A stretch of DNA of 64,000 bases from a virus (Duplodnaviria; Caudoviricetes), in IMG/VR virus record IMGVR_UViG_3300046512_000357, positions 1,299 through 65,298 of that record, one strand, 5' to 3'. Made by a program: the position numbers and the translations under genes. The notes beneath the pieces are model-generated. The model saw nothing but the letters and a program-made list of their open reading frames with translations, made no database searches and was not told the DNA's origin. The stretch's first letter is position 1. Each line of letters begins with the position of its first letter. Positions 9,211 through 18,209 of this stretch are shown here, piece by piece.

Positions 9211-9977
9211 GCTGCTTCCTTCATCCGTAAAGTCGTTTCGTAGTAGGTGACCAATTTTTCAAACTCGGCCAGTTCCTCGACCATCTGGTCGATGTATTCG
9301 TCATCGCGCTGGTAGGTGCGCAGCCACAGCTGCTTGTCGATGATTTCCATTGCCGGGCAATACACGCAGAAGTCCCACCACTTGCGCGCCGTAAGCCACA
9401 TGCAGCCCTGCACCTGATCCATAAACTCGCTGGCGTCGTTCTCGATGTAGATCCGCTGCAAGCGTTCCGGCGATATCAGGCACTTGTACTCGCTACCGCC
9501 GTCGCGCCCGATCAGGCCGTCGGCGCTGGCGCCGAACAGTCGGTCTTCGGACAGAACAAAGCCCGCGCGCTGCACCATGTGGCCGCTGGCAATCTCGTGC
9601 TCGCGCCGCGCCGCCGGCTCCAGTTCATGGCCGCGCCGCATCGCGTACGTCTCGAAACTCTCATCCAGTGGCTTGCCGCTGATCCGCTCGATGGCCAGGC
9701 GGAGGGCATAGGCCTTTGCCGCTTCCGAGAAGTCGCCGACCGCCAGCCCTTCGATAGCGCGCTGGATCGATTCAGCCTTCGGCGCCGAACGGTAGCCGGC
9801 CAGGTCGCGCGCTGCAGCTTCACTCATGCCGGAGCGGATGGCGGTGACGTACGCCTGCTGCTTTTCGTCCAGGCCACCGGTGCGCGAGCGGGCGACCACG
9901 AACATGCTGGCGGTGATCACGCCGGCACGGGCCTGGTGCCAGTCTTCCGATCCCTGTTCGCAATTGATGACGATCAT
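9207..9977 (-). CDS. YqaJ / lambda-exonuclease family
   Basis: EQGSEDWHQARAGVITAS, MRRGHELEP, GASADGLI, EYKC, QVQGCMW. Confidence 0.92.
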   Translation of the reverse strand: MIVINCEQGSEDWHQARAGVITASMFVVARSRTGGLDEKQQAYVTAIRSGMSEAAARDLAGYRSAPKAESIQRAIEGLAVGDFSEAAKAYALRLAIERISGKPLDESFETYAMRRGHELEPAARREHEIASGHMVQRAGFVLSEDRLFGASADGLIGRDGGSEYKCLISPERLQRIYIENDASEFMDQVQGCMWLTARKWWDFCVYCPAMEIIDKQLWLRTYQRDDEYIDQMVEELAEFEKLVTYYETTLRMKEAA

Positions 9978-11089
9978 TTGCCGGCTCCAGCGGCCTCGGC
10001 GCGCGCCTTCAGCACTGGATAGTGCTCGGCCAAGCCGTCCTGAGTAGCCGGCGACAGGCGCCCCCATGCATCGTTAAACAGGTCCAACCCTTCGTCGGCC
10101 AGTGCACTGAAGTCGGCCAGGATGGCCTGCATGTCGTCGGACAGTGGCTTTGAGGCGGAACTTGCCGGCTCGGCGTCAATGGTGCGACCTTGATCGGCGC
10201 CGGTGGCGTCCGCTTTCCATCCGTCATGGAAGGCGGCCAATGCCTTACGGTTGGGCGCGCCGGCATCGCTCCAGAATTTCTGGTAGGCCGCGACGCCCTT
10301 GGAGGCAGCGGCCTTGGCCTGCTGGATCAGTTCGGCCGACGCCTCCGACGGCGCCGACGGGCCGGAGGGCTGTCCGGCAGCGGGCGTGATATCTCGCATT
10401 TCGCGGTTCACTTCCTCCAGCTCATCCGGCGTGTACACGCCAAGGATGACGTCAGGCGCATACAGGCGAGTCCAGCGCTTTACGGCGAGATAGGCCAGTT
10501 GCTGCTTCGGATCGGTGGCCCACAGCGGCGAGTTACGCACGCTGGCCTGGACCAACAGGAGGTCGAGGACGCGCGGGGCTGCCTCACCCTTCAACGTGCA
10601 GGACACCCGGACTCCCAATCCGTTTTCGTCCTGCATGCCATAGTCCGGCACACGGAACTGGTATTCCTTCTTGTCGCCCTTGGCGGGCATGGTGATGACT
10701 TTCGTCTTGCCGATGATCTTCTCCCATGGCCCGTACCACTCGTATGCAAAGCGGTCCTGTGCGACCCCGCTCGACTGGATCACTGCATTGACCAGCTGCG
10801 CCTCATAGCCGAGCGTGCCGTTGACCAAGTGGGTTTTCTGTGCCACGGCGAACGGGTTCATGCGCCACTGCACTGCCTGCATAACCACCGCGGCGCAATC
10901 CGCTGCATTGCCGCGAAGGTGCTCGGGAATGGTCGAGCGCCCCTTCGCCATGATGTCCGCGAGGCGCATCATGCTGTCCATGCTTGCGCTGTCGAGAATC
11001 AGCGCTGCGCTGCTGGTGGCGACCATCGGCAGGTCGGTGGCGGGCGCCAACTGCATGGCGGCTTGGCTTTCTTTGGTGACTGCGTTCAT
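9974..11089 (-). CDS. recT: RecT family single-strand annealing recombinase
   Basis: IPEHLRGNAADC...QWRMNPFAVAQKTH...SPLWATDPKQQLAY...PDVILGVYTPDE; adjacent to the exonuclease. Confidence 0.88.
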   Translation of the reverse strand: MNAVTKESQAAMQLAPATDLPMVATSSAALILDSASMDSMMRLADIMAKGRSTIPEHLRGNAADCAAVVMQAVQWRMNPFAVAQKTHLVNGTLGYEAQLVNAVIQSSGVAQDRFAYEWYGPWEKIIGKTKVITMPAKGDKKEYQFRVPDYGMQDENGLGVRVSCTLKGEAAPRVLDLLLVQASVRNSPLWATDPKQQLAYLAVKRWTRLYAPDVILGVYTPDELEEVNREMRDITPAAGQPSGPSAPSEASAELIQQAKAAASKGVAAYQKFWSDAGAPNRKALAAFHDGWKADATGADQGRTIDAEPASSASKPLSDDMQAILADFSALADEGLDLFNDAWGRLSPATQDGLAEHYPVLKARAEAAGAGK

Positions 11090-11210
11090 CGGGTTCTCCG
11101 GTTCAGTTTCGTTAAAGCTGCATTGAGCAGGGCAAGGCGTACAGCATGTGCTGGGCGGTGGCCGGCGCGCAGGTTGCGCAGCGCCTGGCTGGCAACGTCG
11201 ACGAGGGCGG

Positions 11211-11345
11211 TCATTTGTCCGCTTTCCCGCTCCACGCCGCCTGGTCGCGTTGCGCCGCCTCTTCGTCGGCCTGCTGCATGAAGGCGTAGGCGCTGCCGAT
11301 CAGCACGCCCAGCAGGGCAATGGTTACGGCTTCACGCAACTTCAC
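11211..11345 (-). CDS. Small membrane protein
   Basis: VKLREAVTIALLGVLIGSAYAFMQ; GGAGG RBS. Confidence 0.55.
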   Translation of the reverse strand: MKLREAVTIALLGVLIGSAYAFMQQADEEAAQRDQAAWSGKADK

Positions 11346-11550
11346 GGCGGGCCTCCTTGCGTGCGCGGCGCGCGGTGGCCTGGTCGCGACCGAGCTGGAT
11401 AGCCTTCTGCAGTTCCTCCCTGCGGCGCCCGGCCGGCACACCGATGCCTTCCAGCGCAATTTCCAGCGCTGCCAGTGAAAGAGCGCTTAGCGGCTTGTTG
11501 GTCAGCAGGCGGATCTGCTTCTGCAGCGCGGCGTAGGATTGGTTGCTCAT
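11332..11550 (-). CDS. Hypothetical phage protein
   Basis: Coupled operon gene. Confidence 0.6.
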   Translation of the reverse strand: MSNQSYAALQKQIRLLTNKPLSALSLAALEIALEGIGVPAGRRREELQKAIQLGRDQATARRARKEARREVA

Positions 11551-11900
11551 TTCCGCACCATGATGGTTACGCCCATGGCGCCAGCGTCGTATGCAGCGGC
11601 GGCCAGCGCGGCGGCGTCGCCGATAGCGGTGTAGCTGTGCGCGCCGGCGGCAGTTCGCGCGGTGACCGTGTAGGTCAGGCCGAACTCTCGGCGTGCCAGC
11701 TGCGGCGCCACACTATTGCGGTTGCGCCCGTGGATCGGATAGGCGCTGACGTGGCTGCCGGCCGGCGCTGCTTCTGGTGCATCCAGATTGCCAGCCATCA
11801 GCGATTCGGTCAGGCCTGAGTCCTGGTAGACGAAGGCGAGGCCGGCGAACACAGCGAGGCGTGACTGGCGGCCGGCGGTGGTGTGGCTGACGGTGATCAC
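11547..11900 (-). CDS. Hypothetical phage protein
   Basis: Coupled operon gene; YTAIG...AAYDAGAMGVT C-terminus. Confidence 0.6.
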   Translation of the reverse strand: MITVSHTTAGRQSRLAVFAGLAFVYQDSGLTESLMAGNLDAPEAAPAGSHVSAYPIHGRNRNSVAPQLARREFGLTYTVTARTAAGAHSYTAIGDAAALAAAAYDAGAMGVTIMVRK

Positions 11901-12178
11901 TTGGCACGCTCCGCGATCATGGCGTCGGCGATGCTGTAGGCAGCATGTGCAATGACAGCTTGGACGTTATCTTGCAGTCGTCCATTGGTGGCGCAAATGT
12001 CGCCAGCGGTTGAGCCGAGGCGACCTTCCAGCGGCTCGTTGATCAGGCCTGAAAGGGCTTGGGCTGCGAAATAGTCGCGTAGCGTCATGCCCGTTTCGGT
12101 CAGCGCTTCGCGTTGTTTTGCGCTCTGCGCGCGCCCCGGGTCTGGAAATGCGGCGCCCCCTGTCGTCGTGCTGCTCAT
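11897..12178 (-). CDS. Conserved phage protein (GMTLRDYFAA motif family)
   Basis: GGAAFP...GMTLRDYFAAQAL...AYSIADAMIAER. Confidence 0.8.
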   Translation of the reverse strand: MSSTTTGGAAFPDPGRAQSAKQREALTETGMTLRDYFAAQALSGLINEPLEGRLGSTAGDICATNGRLQDNVQAVIAHAAYSIADAMIAERAK

Positions 12179-12189
12179 AGCTTCTCCCT

Positions 12190-12415
12190 GTTGACTTCGT
12201 TGTTTGGGGAGCGCGTACGCCGCTCGCTGCGTGTGGTGCTTCGGTACTGGCGCGGTCGGCGCGTGGCGTACTGACGCATTCCCTACTTGTCACCACATGG
12301 CTGCCGGCTACCCCTCCGATCCGCCCGCGCACTGCACCAGCTTTACCTGTGTGTGTTCTCGCTCCTCGGTAGCCAGCAGCCATGTGGTTCCCGCGCTTCA
12401 CCGGCGCGGGACGGT
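12190..12415 (-). ncRNA. Candidate structured RNA in the leftward early transcript
   Basis: 21-bp inverted repeat 12292-12312/12368-12388 (1 mismatch) plus adjacent 8-bp hairpin 12389-12411 in an intergenic gap. Confidence 0.45.
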
Positions 12416-12417
12416 TG

Positions 12418-12543
12418 TTACTTACCCTTCATCCGTTCGAACAGATCGGCGCTCGGGCGGTGCTGCGGTCCGATTTGCACCAGTAGCCACAGCACAGCGG
12501 AGCAGCCAGCGAACACCGCGATTACGATCAGTTGCTTCTTCAC
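12418..12543 (-). CDS. Small membrane peptide
   Basis: VKKQLIVIAVFAGCSAVLWLLVQIG; AAGGAG RBS. Confidence 0.5.
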   Translation of the reverse strand: MKKQLIVIAVFAGCSAVLWLLVQIGPQHRPSADLFERMKGK

Positions 12544-12696
12544 GATGCGCTCCTTGTCATTGGTGCCGCGCTTGCCCGGGATGGGCCGACCGCGCGGCGA
12601 AGTCGAGGCATTTCAGATCCCACTGGGCGCGTTTCTATCGCCTGGCCAACGGCTATCGCTGCGTTGTGCACCGGGGCAGCGCGCTCCGGTTTCGGT

Positions 12697-13101
12697 TCAA
12701 GGTGGCTCGGCGCCGCAGCTGCGCTCCCATATGCGGCGCTCGGCGCGGGCTTCCTGCTGCGACACCAGCAGCAACGCGTGGGCGCTCGGCAGATGCGTGT
12801 CGCACCAATCGCTCATCTGGCGCATCTGCTCCCGCGTCAACCAGGCGCCGACATCGATCTGGTCCAGCGCGCCAGTCAGCGCCGCGTGTTCAACTTCGTA
12901 GCCGGCGGAGTCCAGCGTCCCGTACAGGTCAATCCGCAGGCCGTCGTGCTCGTATCCGGCACGCAGCAGGCGAGCGGTGGTCGGCACCAGCGGCTGCTGG
13001 ACCACGTACACGGTGCGGAGCGGCTCATCACCTTGAATCACCGGGGTCGCGATGGCGCCAGCGCGCAGCTGGAGCAGGGCGGCGGAGATTGGGGCGTTCA
13101 C
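12697..13101 (-). CDS. Hypothetical phage protein
   Basis: GTGA overlap with the upstream gene. Confidence 0.6.
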   Translation of the reverse strand: MNAPISAALLQLRAGAIATPVIQGDEPLRTVYVVQQPLVPTTARLLRAGYEHDGLRIDLYGTLDSAGYEVEHAALTGALDQIDVGAWLTREQMRQMSDWCDTHLPSAHALLLVSQQEARAERRIWERSCGAEPP

Positions 13102-13319
13102 GCTGCGGCCTCAAAAATCCAGCCCGAGGCGAGTGCGGCGACCCGGCTGCGTTCCATGCGCTGCTGAGCGGCCAAATCGCTCTCGGTGTAGCGCAGCCGG
13201 CGCCGCGGCAACTTGCGGCCGAACTCGTTGCAAATCTCGAGGCGGCGCGGGCAGCCGATGCTGGCGACCAGGCCGGCGCACTGCAGGTCGGTAGTTTTTT
13301 TGCGGAGGACTTTGCGCAT
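13098..13319 (-). CDS. Hypothetical basic phage protein
   Basis: GGAGG RBS; second gene after PL. Confidence 0.6.
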   Translation of the reverse strand: MRKVLRKKTTDLQCAGLVASIGCPRRLEICNEFGRKLPRRRLRYTESDLAAQQRMERSRVAALASGWIFEAAA

Positions 13320-13331
13320 GGCGGCCTCCGA

Positions 13332-13439
13332 TTAGCCCAGCGTCGCCGGAGCGGCTTGCTGGCTGAAGTCGAAGGCAGGAACTGCATCGCCAGCAGCTGC
13401 TGCGGCAGCAGCGATAGCGCGGAATTCGGTATTGGACAT
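13332..13439 (-). CDS. Small first gene of the PL operon (35 aa)
   Basis: MSNTEFRAIAAAAAAGDAVPAFDFSQQAAPATLG; GGAG RBS. Confidence 0.45.
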   Translation of the reverse strand: MSNTEFRAIAAAAAAAGDAVPAFDFSQQAAPATLG

Positions 13440-13475
13440 TTCGTTCTCCATCGTGGGTGGTGCGTCGATGGAGTA

Positions 13476-13518
13476 ATATTAGTCCGACTACTTATTTAAG
13501 TCAACAGTCGGACTAATA
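13476..13518 (-). promoter_or_regulatory. PL promoter with OL operators
   Basis: TTGACT-17 bp-TAATAT on the - strand; palindromic AGTC(C/G)GACT at 13481-13489 and 13506-13514; near-identical to PR. Confidence 0.85.
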
Positions 13519-13952
13519 AAAGTGGGGAAATTTTTTGCATGTTGTTAAAAAGGTAGCTCAACAGGCTCATTCGGCAGCGCCTCCGACTGCCACCCAATCT
13601 GATCAGTATTGATGTGCTTGATGATGTTGGTGGTGTCGAAGTGCGCGAAGCGGCGTGAGAAGCCGTCGACGCGCAGTGAGACTAGGATCATGGGATGCGT
13701 GCGGAGATGGCACTGGGCGTCTGCGATCAGGCGCGCCAGGTTTTGACTAAGTTATGCCAGCATCGACACAGATGATGGCGAAGTTGATTCGGTGGGCGGT
13801 CACAACGGCGGGAAGATATTGCATTTACGCAGCTGCAGAGGTAACTGAGGTTTATCTGGATGCTGCAGCGCTCCCTATAGATTGCCGCAGGAACCTCATG
13901 GTGTGGCACGGCCCTGCGGAGCGTCGAAATTAAAAGTCGACGCATTCGTTCC

Positions 13953-14489
13953 TTAGCTGCGGGTCGTACAGGACTCACGCCACTGGTAGTTAGCGAACAG
14001 ATTACCGGGAAACCCCGCGAGAGGAAGGGCCCGGGCTTCGTCGCCAAAAGCAGGGCTCTTGAAGATGATGTTGGCTGATTCATCGTAGCCGATAATGACC
14101 AGCTGAAGGGGCTGTCCGGAGCCACGGGAGACTATAGCGACGACAATTGGTCGCCCCGCGTCGATTTCAGATTGAATGGTGGTTAGCGGCAGAGCCCCAT
14201 CTATCGTGGCGTTATAGCGATTGGTCAAAATGAGCCCAGCATCCAATATATTTGGGAGATCGCATTGCTTGGCACGAGGATTTGTCGCGCATAAGCCTCC
14301 AAACGACTTTCCCACCAGCTTATCTTGGGTGTTGTCGTAATCATGGCCGCCGAAGTAGTAATCGTTCACGCTGCTGGAAACAGCGGCCCAGCCCCAGTTG
14401 TTCATCAGCTGAGCCTGCATTTGTAGCGGTAGCGGATTGCCGGCGCGACTGTTTACGCCAAGGTCATCGGCAGTATTTGTCGGTTGCAT
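13953..14489 (-). CDS. Papain-like (peptidase C39/AvrRpt2-like) protein, catalytic residues apparently lost
   Basis: QAQLMNNWGWAAV (family pattern Q...NWCWAA), IQSEIDAGRPIVV, LQLVIIGYD (family pattern GHxxVIxGY). Confidence 0.7.
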   Translation of the reverse strand: MQPTNTADDLGVNSRAGNPLPLQMQAQLMNNWGWAAVSSSVNDYYFGGHDYDNTQDKLVGKSFGGLCATNPRAKQCDLPNILDAGLILTNRYNATIDGALPLTTIQSEIDAGRPIVVAIVSRGSGQPLQLVIIGYDESANIIFKSPAFGDEARALPLAGFPGNLFANYQWRESCTTRS

Positions 14490-14728
14490 AGTGCTGCTCC
14501 ATTCAATGATTGAGAAATAGCCAATCGAGATTGTGCATCGCTATTTGCATATCGTCTGTAGCACAAACGTGCTACAGACGCATGTGAAGTGGACTTGTTG
14601 GTGAAGGAGGGCGGCCAGGGGATTAGGAGTTGTTGCATGTGCGCAAACGCGAGCTGATGCTCGATGTGAAGCTTGAGCTGGAGCTGGATTCTAGCGATCT
14701 GGACGCCATTGAGCGCAAGTAGGCATTA

Positions 14729-14753
14729 CAAAACCCCGACTTGCGGGGCTTCT
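14729..14753 (-). terminator. Intrinsic terminator downstream of the SAS gene
   Basis: CCCCG-cAAGt-CGGGG stem followed by TTTTG on the - strand. Confidence 0.5.
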
Positions 14754-14840
14754 AACAGATCGAGAAAGAAAAGCTTAATTTGCTTCTCAAGTTAGCTGTA
14801 TCCGTATCTAAGATCTCGTGCGCCGCTTTAAAACTCTAGA

Positions 14841-15911
14841 TTAATTTTCAAAATCAAGAATACGTCTTACTAAGTTTCCGTCATCCGAACCTAACCCTAT
14901 CTTTCTTGAAATTAAATATTGGGAAACTTTCTTTTCATCAGCTGTACGCCATGCCAAAACATAGGCTAAGTAGAAAATCCCGATACCAGTGTTAACTGCC
15001 TCACCATCCCCACCGGCGTTAGTCCAGTAAGCGGTAAATTTTCGTACCGTTTGTGCCTCATCCTTTGCGATTTTTTCGAGCTGTCCGATTGTTCTTATGT
15101 CAAAGCAAGCAAGCCTCTCAACGTCCTCAGCAGAGATGTCATTGCTACGCTTAGCGAGGATATATCCGGAAGCATTTACGACCTCATCATCAAGTTTCTT
15201 TGTATAGCTATCAACATTAAACAGTGCCCTGAGCGATGCTATATCTATCGTTACTGAATTCGGATCACGCTCAATTGACTGCGGCACCTCGCGCTCATAC
15301 TCTATCAGACTACGACGGATTGACTGAAACTCACTATCCGCCAGCTCTAAAAGTCCGGCCACTCTTGCAAATTGTCGACGAATAATTGCCGGAACGCCTT
15401 TAGAGGACTTATATCCTAAATCATGTTCAATTTCTGCCCAGGCGTGCTGGAGAATAGATCTAATCTGAATCTCAAACCTCATTTTTGCAAAACTGCGATA
15501 TTCTTTCAATTTAGAACGAACGGGATTAAAACTCGCGATAAAATGTAGAGATGAATATCCGAATCTGTCAGGCTCCTCAGAAACTCTTTTATCTACTGAT
15601 TCGCTAACATCAATTGAAAATTCTTGTTCAATTAATTTGGCTACCAAATCAACATCTTCAGCAAAATACGTAGTTATCCTTATAGCGGATATATCTGTCA
15701 AATCCGCTAGCGAAGAATAATTTTTATCTGGCCTGGATATTTTTCTATCAAGGCTTTGGCGTGATTTACACCGATGGGTTACTGAATGAACCAAAATTGC
15801 ATCATTTGTCAGCAATGTGCTTACCAATTGCCTCGCCGAAGCTGCAAAGTCATTGTAAAGTGCCTGCTTTTCATCATATTCTTTGAGTATTAGATTAACA
15901 TTTGGCTTCAA
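14841..15911 (-). CDS. RelA/SpoT-domain small alarmone synthetase with C-terminal extension
   Basis: HRCKSRQSLDRK, DISAIRI, FGYSSLH, FEIQIRSILQHAWAEIEHDLGYK; AT-rich. Confidence 0.93.
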   Translation of the reverse strand: MKPNVNLILKEYDEKQALYNDFAASARQLVSTLLTNDAILVHSVTHRCKSRQSLDRKISRPDKNYSSLADLTDISAIRITTYFAEDVDLVAKLIEQEFSIDVSESVDKRVSEEPDRFGYSSLHFIASFNPVRSKLKEYRSFAKMRFEIQIRSILQHAWAEIEHDLGYKSSKGVPAIIRRQFARVAGLLELADSEFQSIRRSLIEYEREVPQSIERDPNSVTIDIASLRALFNVDSYTKKLDDEVVNASGYILAKRSNDISAEDVERLACFDIRTIGQLEKIAKDEAQTVRKFTAYWTNAGGDGEAVNTGIGIFYLAYVLAWRTADEKKVSQYLISRKIGLGSDDGNLVRRILDFEN

Positions 15912-16122
15912 AATTACCTCGAAATCTACTTTTATGAAATTAAATATATGTGCGATGCAAGTAATGTCTGGGAAAAATAGTGGTCGAATAATTTTTCAAT
16001 TTTTGAAAATTCCTTAGGTAATATCTTTTTATGAACACCTCGTTTTATTTTTTTGGCTGTGGAGCGAAATGTTTCGACCAATTATCCTTGAGTTGAATTG
16101 CTTTCTCTGTACCGTCATTTCT

Positions 16123-16143
16123 CGCAAATAGCCTTCCAGTGAT
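16123..16143. repeat. 21-bp direct repeat, copy 1 (CGCAAATAGCCTTCCAGTGAT)
   Basis: Identical to 17790-17810. Confidence 0.85.
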
Positions 16144-16161
16144 CTTCGAACTTGGTTGCCG

Positions 16162-16710
16162 TTATCGGCGTCCCAGTCTATCAGGCAAGTCAAAAGCGGT
16201 CATCTTCCAACCCCATAGCCCATCGCGCTTCATGGTCATCACGCCAGCTTGGTTCTCGCCACGAAGGTGAACGGTGACTCTACTCCAACCTTTGTAGTTC
16301 AGAACGTAGTCTGGTGCCGTCTCGGTCGTATGATCATACTCATCGATCGTCTTGCCGGCCGCGCGCGCATCGTTGCCGCGCAAAAGGGCGATAACGCCAG
16401 CGGGTGAGACGAGCTTATCGACCATCGTGCCGACCATGGCAATACCCAAAGCCATGCCCATGTTGGCGAATGGATTGGCCTTCATCTCTGGCGAGTCCAT
16501 CTCGCCGGACATGTGGGCTAGCAGCTGGCCTTTCACATTCTCACGTAGAGCAGGGAAGTCGACGTAGTCCGACAAAGCATCGGCATCTTTGTTCTGAACG
16601 GCGGCCTTCATTCCTTGCAGCGCCAGATAAGGCGAAGCCGCGATACTCGCGACGAACGCTACGGCTACGAGCGCGCCGGCGCCATAAATCTTCTTCACGT
16701 AGATATCCAT
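16162..16710 (-). CDS. DUF2939 domain membrane-anchored protein
   Basis: SPYLALQGMKAAV...YVDFPALRENVKGQL...MVDKLVSPAGV...RDGLWGWKM. Confidence 0.85.
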   Translation of the reverse strand: MDIYVKKIYGAGALVAVAFVASIAASPYLALQGMKAAVQNKDADALSDYVDFPALRENVKGQLLAHMSGEMDSPEMKANPFANMGMALGIAMVGTMVDKLVSPAGVIALLRGNDARAAGKTIDEYDHTTETAPDYVLNYKGWSRVTVHLRGENQAGVMTMKRDGLWGWKMTAFDLPDRLGRR

Positions 16711-16804
16711 CAAATCCGGCAAAGGACGTGCCGTTTCGTTCCCAAATTATATTATTTATTGTTAAATGGAAATCTAGCGAATTGTCACGATGATATTTGA
16801 GGCA

Positions 16805-16827
16805 GCGGGCCGGTTTTCCCGGCCCGC
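16805..16827 (-). terminator. GC-rich hairpin after the small peptide ORF
   Basis: GCGGGCCGG-ttttc-CCGGCCCGC perfect 9-bp stem. Confidence 0.55.
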
Positions 16828-16836
16828 CTTCCTAGG

Positions 16837-16950
16837 TCACAGCCAGTCGAGTCGATGTAGGACCTCAAGCAGCGCCGTCACAGCGGCGATGCACTTGGCC
16901 ACATCTATCTTCCAACTCACCTTTCCTACAGGTCGTTTGGCTTTTGGCAT
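16837..16950 (-). CDS. Small basic/hydrophobic peptide (37 aa)
   Basis: MPKAKRPVGKVSWKIDVAKCIAAVTALLEVLHRLDWL, followed by a hairpin. Confidence 0.4.
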   Translation of the reverse strand: MPKAKRPVGKVSWKIDVAKCIAAVTALLEVLHRLDWL

Positions 16951-17394
16951 TTTGCGTTAGCTCATGCTTGGCACCGAACGTGCGCACGTCCAGCACCAGG
17001 TTAATGGGGCTGAACATTTATATCGCGCCTTGCCGGGCGCTAGCCGAGTGCTGCTGCAGCAGCGTTGGCGCTCCGAGTGATTCAGCCCTACACGTGCTTG
17101 AACTTTCTCGAAGGCGGCTCGTGCGGGGCTGATTGGTCTTCACACCGGGGCCAAAATTGTCCCTTCGCCGTATAGACAGCGTCGCGGATTTCTGGAGCAG
17201 GCATGTCGACTTCAACCACGCAGTTACCTTAAGCGGGTTAGTGGCCCGCAGTCCAGGCACTACCCTGGATTCTTGTCCCGCGCATCGGATAATGCGCAAG
17301 ATTATTTCTCGCAATAGCCTTACATTGATCATTAGCCCGACAACTACACCAAAGCGCCGCGACGATATCAGTTGCGCGCGCACCGACAATCGAA

Positions 17395-17739
17395 CTAAAC
17401 GAACACCTTTAGCGCGGTTACAGCCAATATGCCGATGGCCCACCATCCCATTTTTCGCAACTGGTCAAGTCGGAGCAGTATCTCGCGCTGAAGTATCAAC
17501 GTCGCGGCAGCGTCTTCGCGAGTGTAGCAAGAAGCCTTAATGCCCTGGTCAGCTTCGAAAATTGCTGATCCGTCCGGAGCAAAGTGACAATCAAGGCCTG
17601 CCTCGGTACGCGCTCGACGCGCTGAGCGAATCGCTTCGACCCATGCAGCGTTTGCTGCGCCCTTGGCAGCGAGGCTGTTGAGCTGATTATTCTCAAATGC
17701 TTCAGCGTCAATATCTTCTTGTGGGCGATTCGTGGTCAT
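17395..17739 (-). CDS. Hypothetical protein with C-terminal TM helix
   Basis: AGGAG RBS; ends WWAIGILAVTALKVFV. Confidence 0.7.
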   Translation of the reverse strand: MTTNRPQEDIDAEAFENNQLNSLAAKGAANAAWVEAIRSARRARTEAGLDCHFAPDGSAIFEADQGIKASCYTREDAAATLILQREILLRLDQLRKMGWWAIGILAVTALKVFV

Positions 17740-17789
17740 AATTCTCCTGCTCGCAAAACACCGTGCTTCGGTGGGCAAAGGTTAGTTGG

Positions 17790-17810
17790 CGCAAATAGCC
17801 TTCCAGTGAT
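17790..17810. repeat. 21-bp direct repeat, copy 2
   Basis: Identical to 16123-16143. Confidence 0.85.
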
Positions 17811-17832
17811 ATTCGCAGCATCCGGCTTCGGG

Positions 17833-18207
17833 CTAAGGTCGACTCCCATACTTTTGCTCGAACTTGTTCGCCATCATCTCGCACGTGTTACGCACGAACG
17901 ATTCTGTTCCAGACCCCAGCGGTTGCTTTTTCAAGTCATCTTTGCAAAGCTCGATTGCCTTGCGGTCGCTTGTCTTCTCCTGTGCCTCCGGCGTGCTGCC
18001 AATTAGGTAGCCGATGAAGAGTAGAGCGCCCAGCAATCCCAAGATGATGCCGATCACCACCAACCAAGTGGGAGTTTCGCCGCTAGCTGCCGAAGATGCC
18101 GCTCGAGACACCGGTTGCCTGTCGGCTATAGGATGGCCACAACCAGGGCAGGCCGCTGCTAGTTGTGATACCTGGCGTTCGCAGACTGGGCAAGGAATCA
18201 ACGCCAT
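17833..18207 (-). CDS. Zinc-ribbon membrane protein co-transcribed with cI
   Basis: MALIPCPVCERQVSQLAAACPGCGHP plus TM helix. Confidence 0.8.
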   Translation of the reverse strand: MALIPCPVCERQVSQLAAACPGCGHPIADRQPVSRAASSAASGETPTWLVVIGIILGLLGALLFIGYLIGSTPEAQEKTSDRKAIELCKDDLKKQPLGSGTESFVRNTCEMMANKFEQKYGSRP

Positions 18208-18209
18208 TT

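Noticed and set aside
7837-9243. Long + strand ORFs (468 and 324 aa)
   Set aside because: Antisense shadows of the Ala-rich coiled-coil gene; no RBS or motifs
12204-13499. 431-aa + strand ORF
   Set aside because: Arg/Ala-rich nonsense translation opposite several coupled - strand genes
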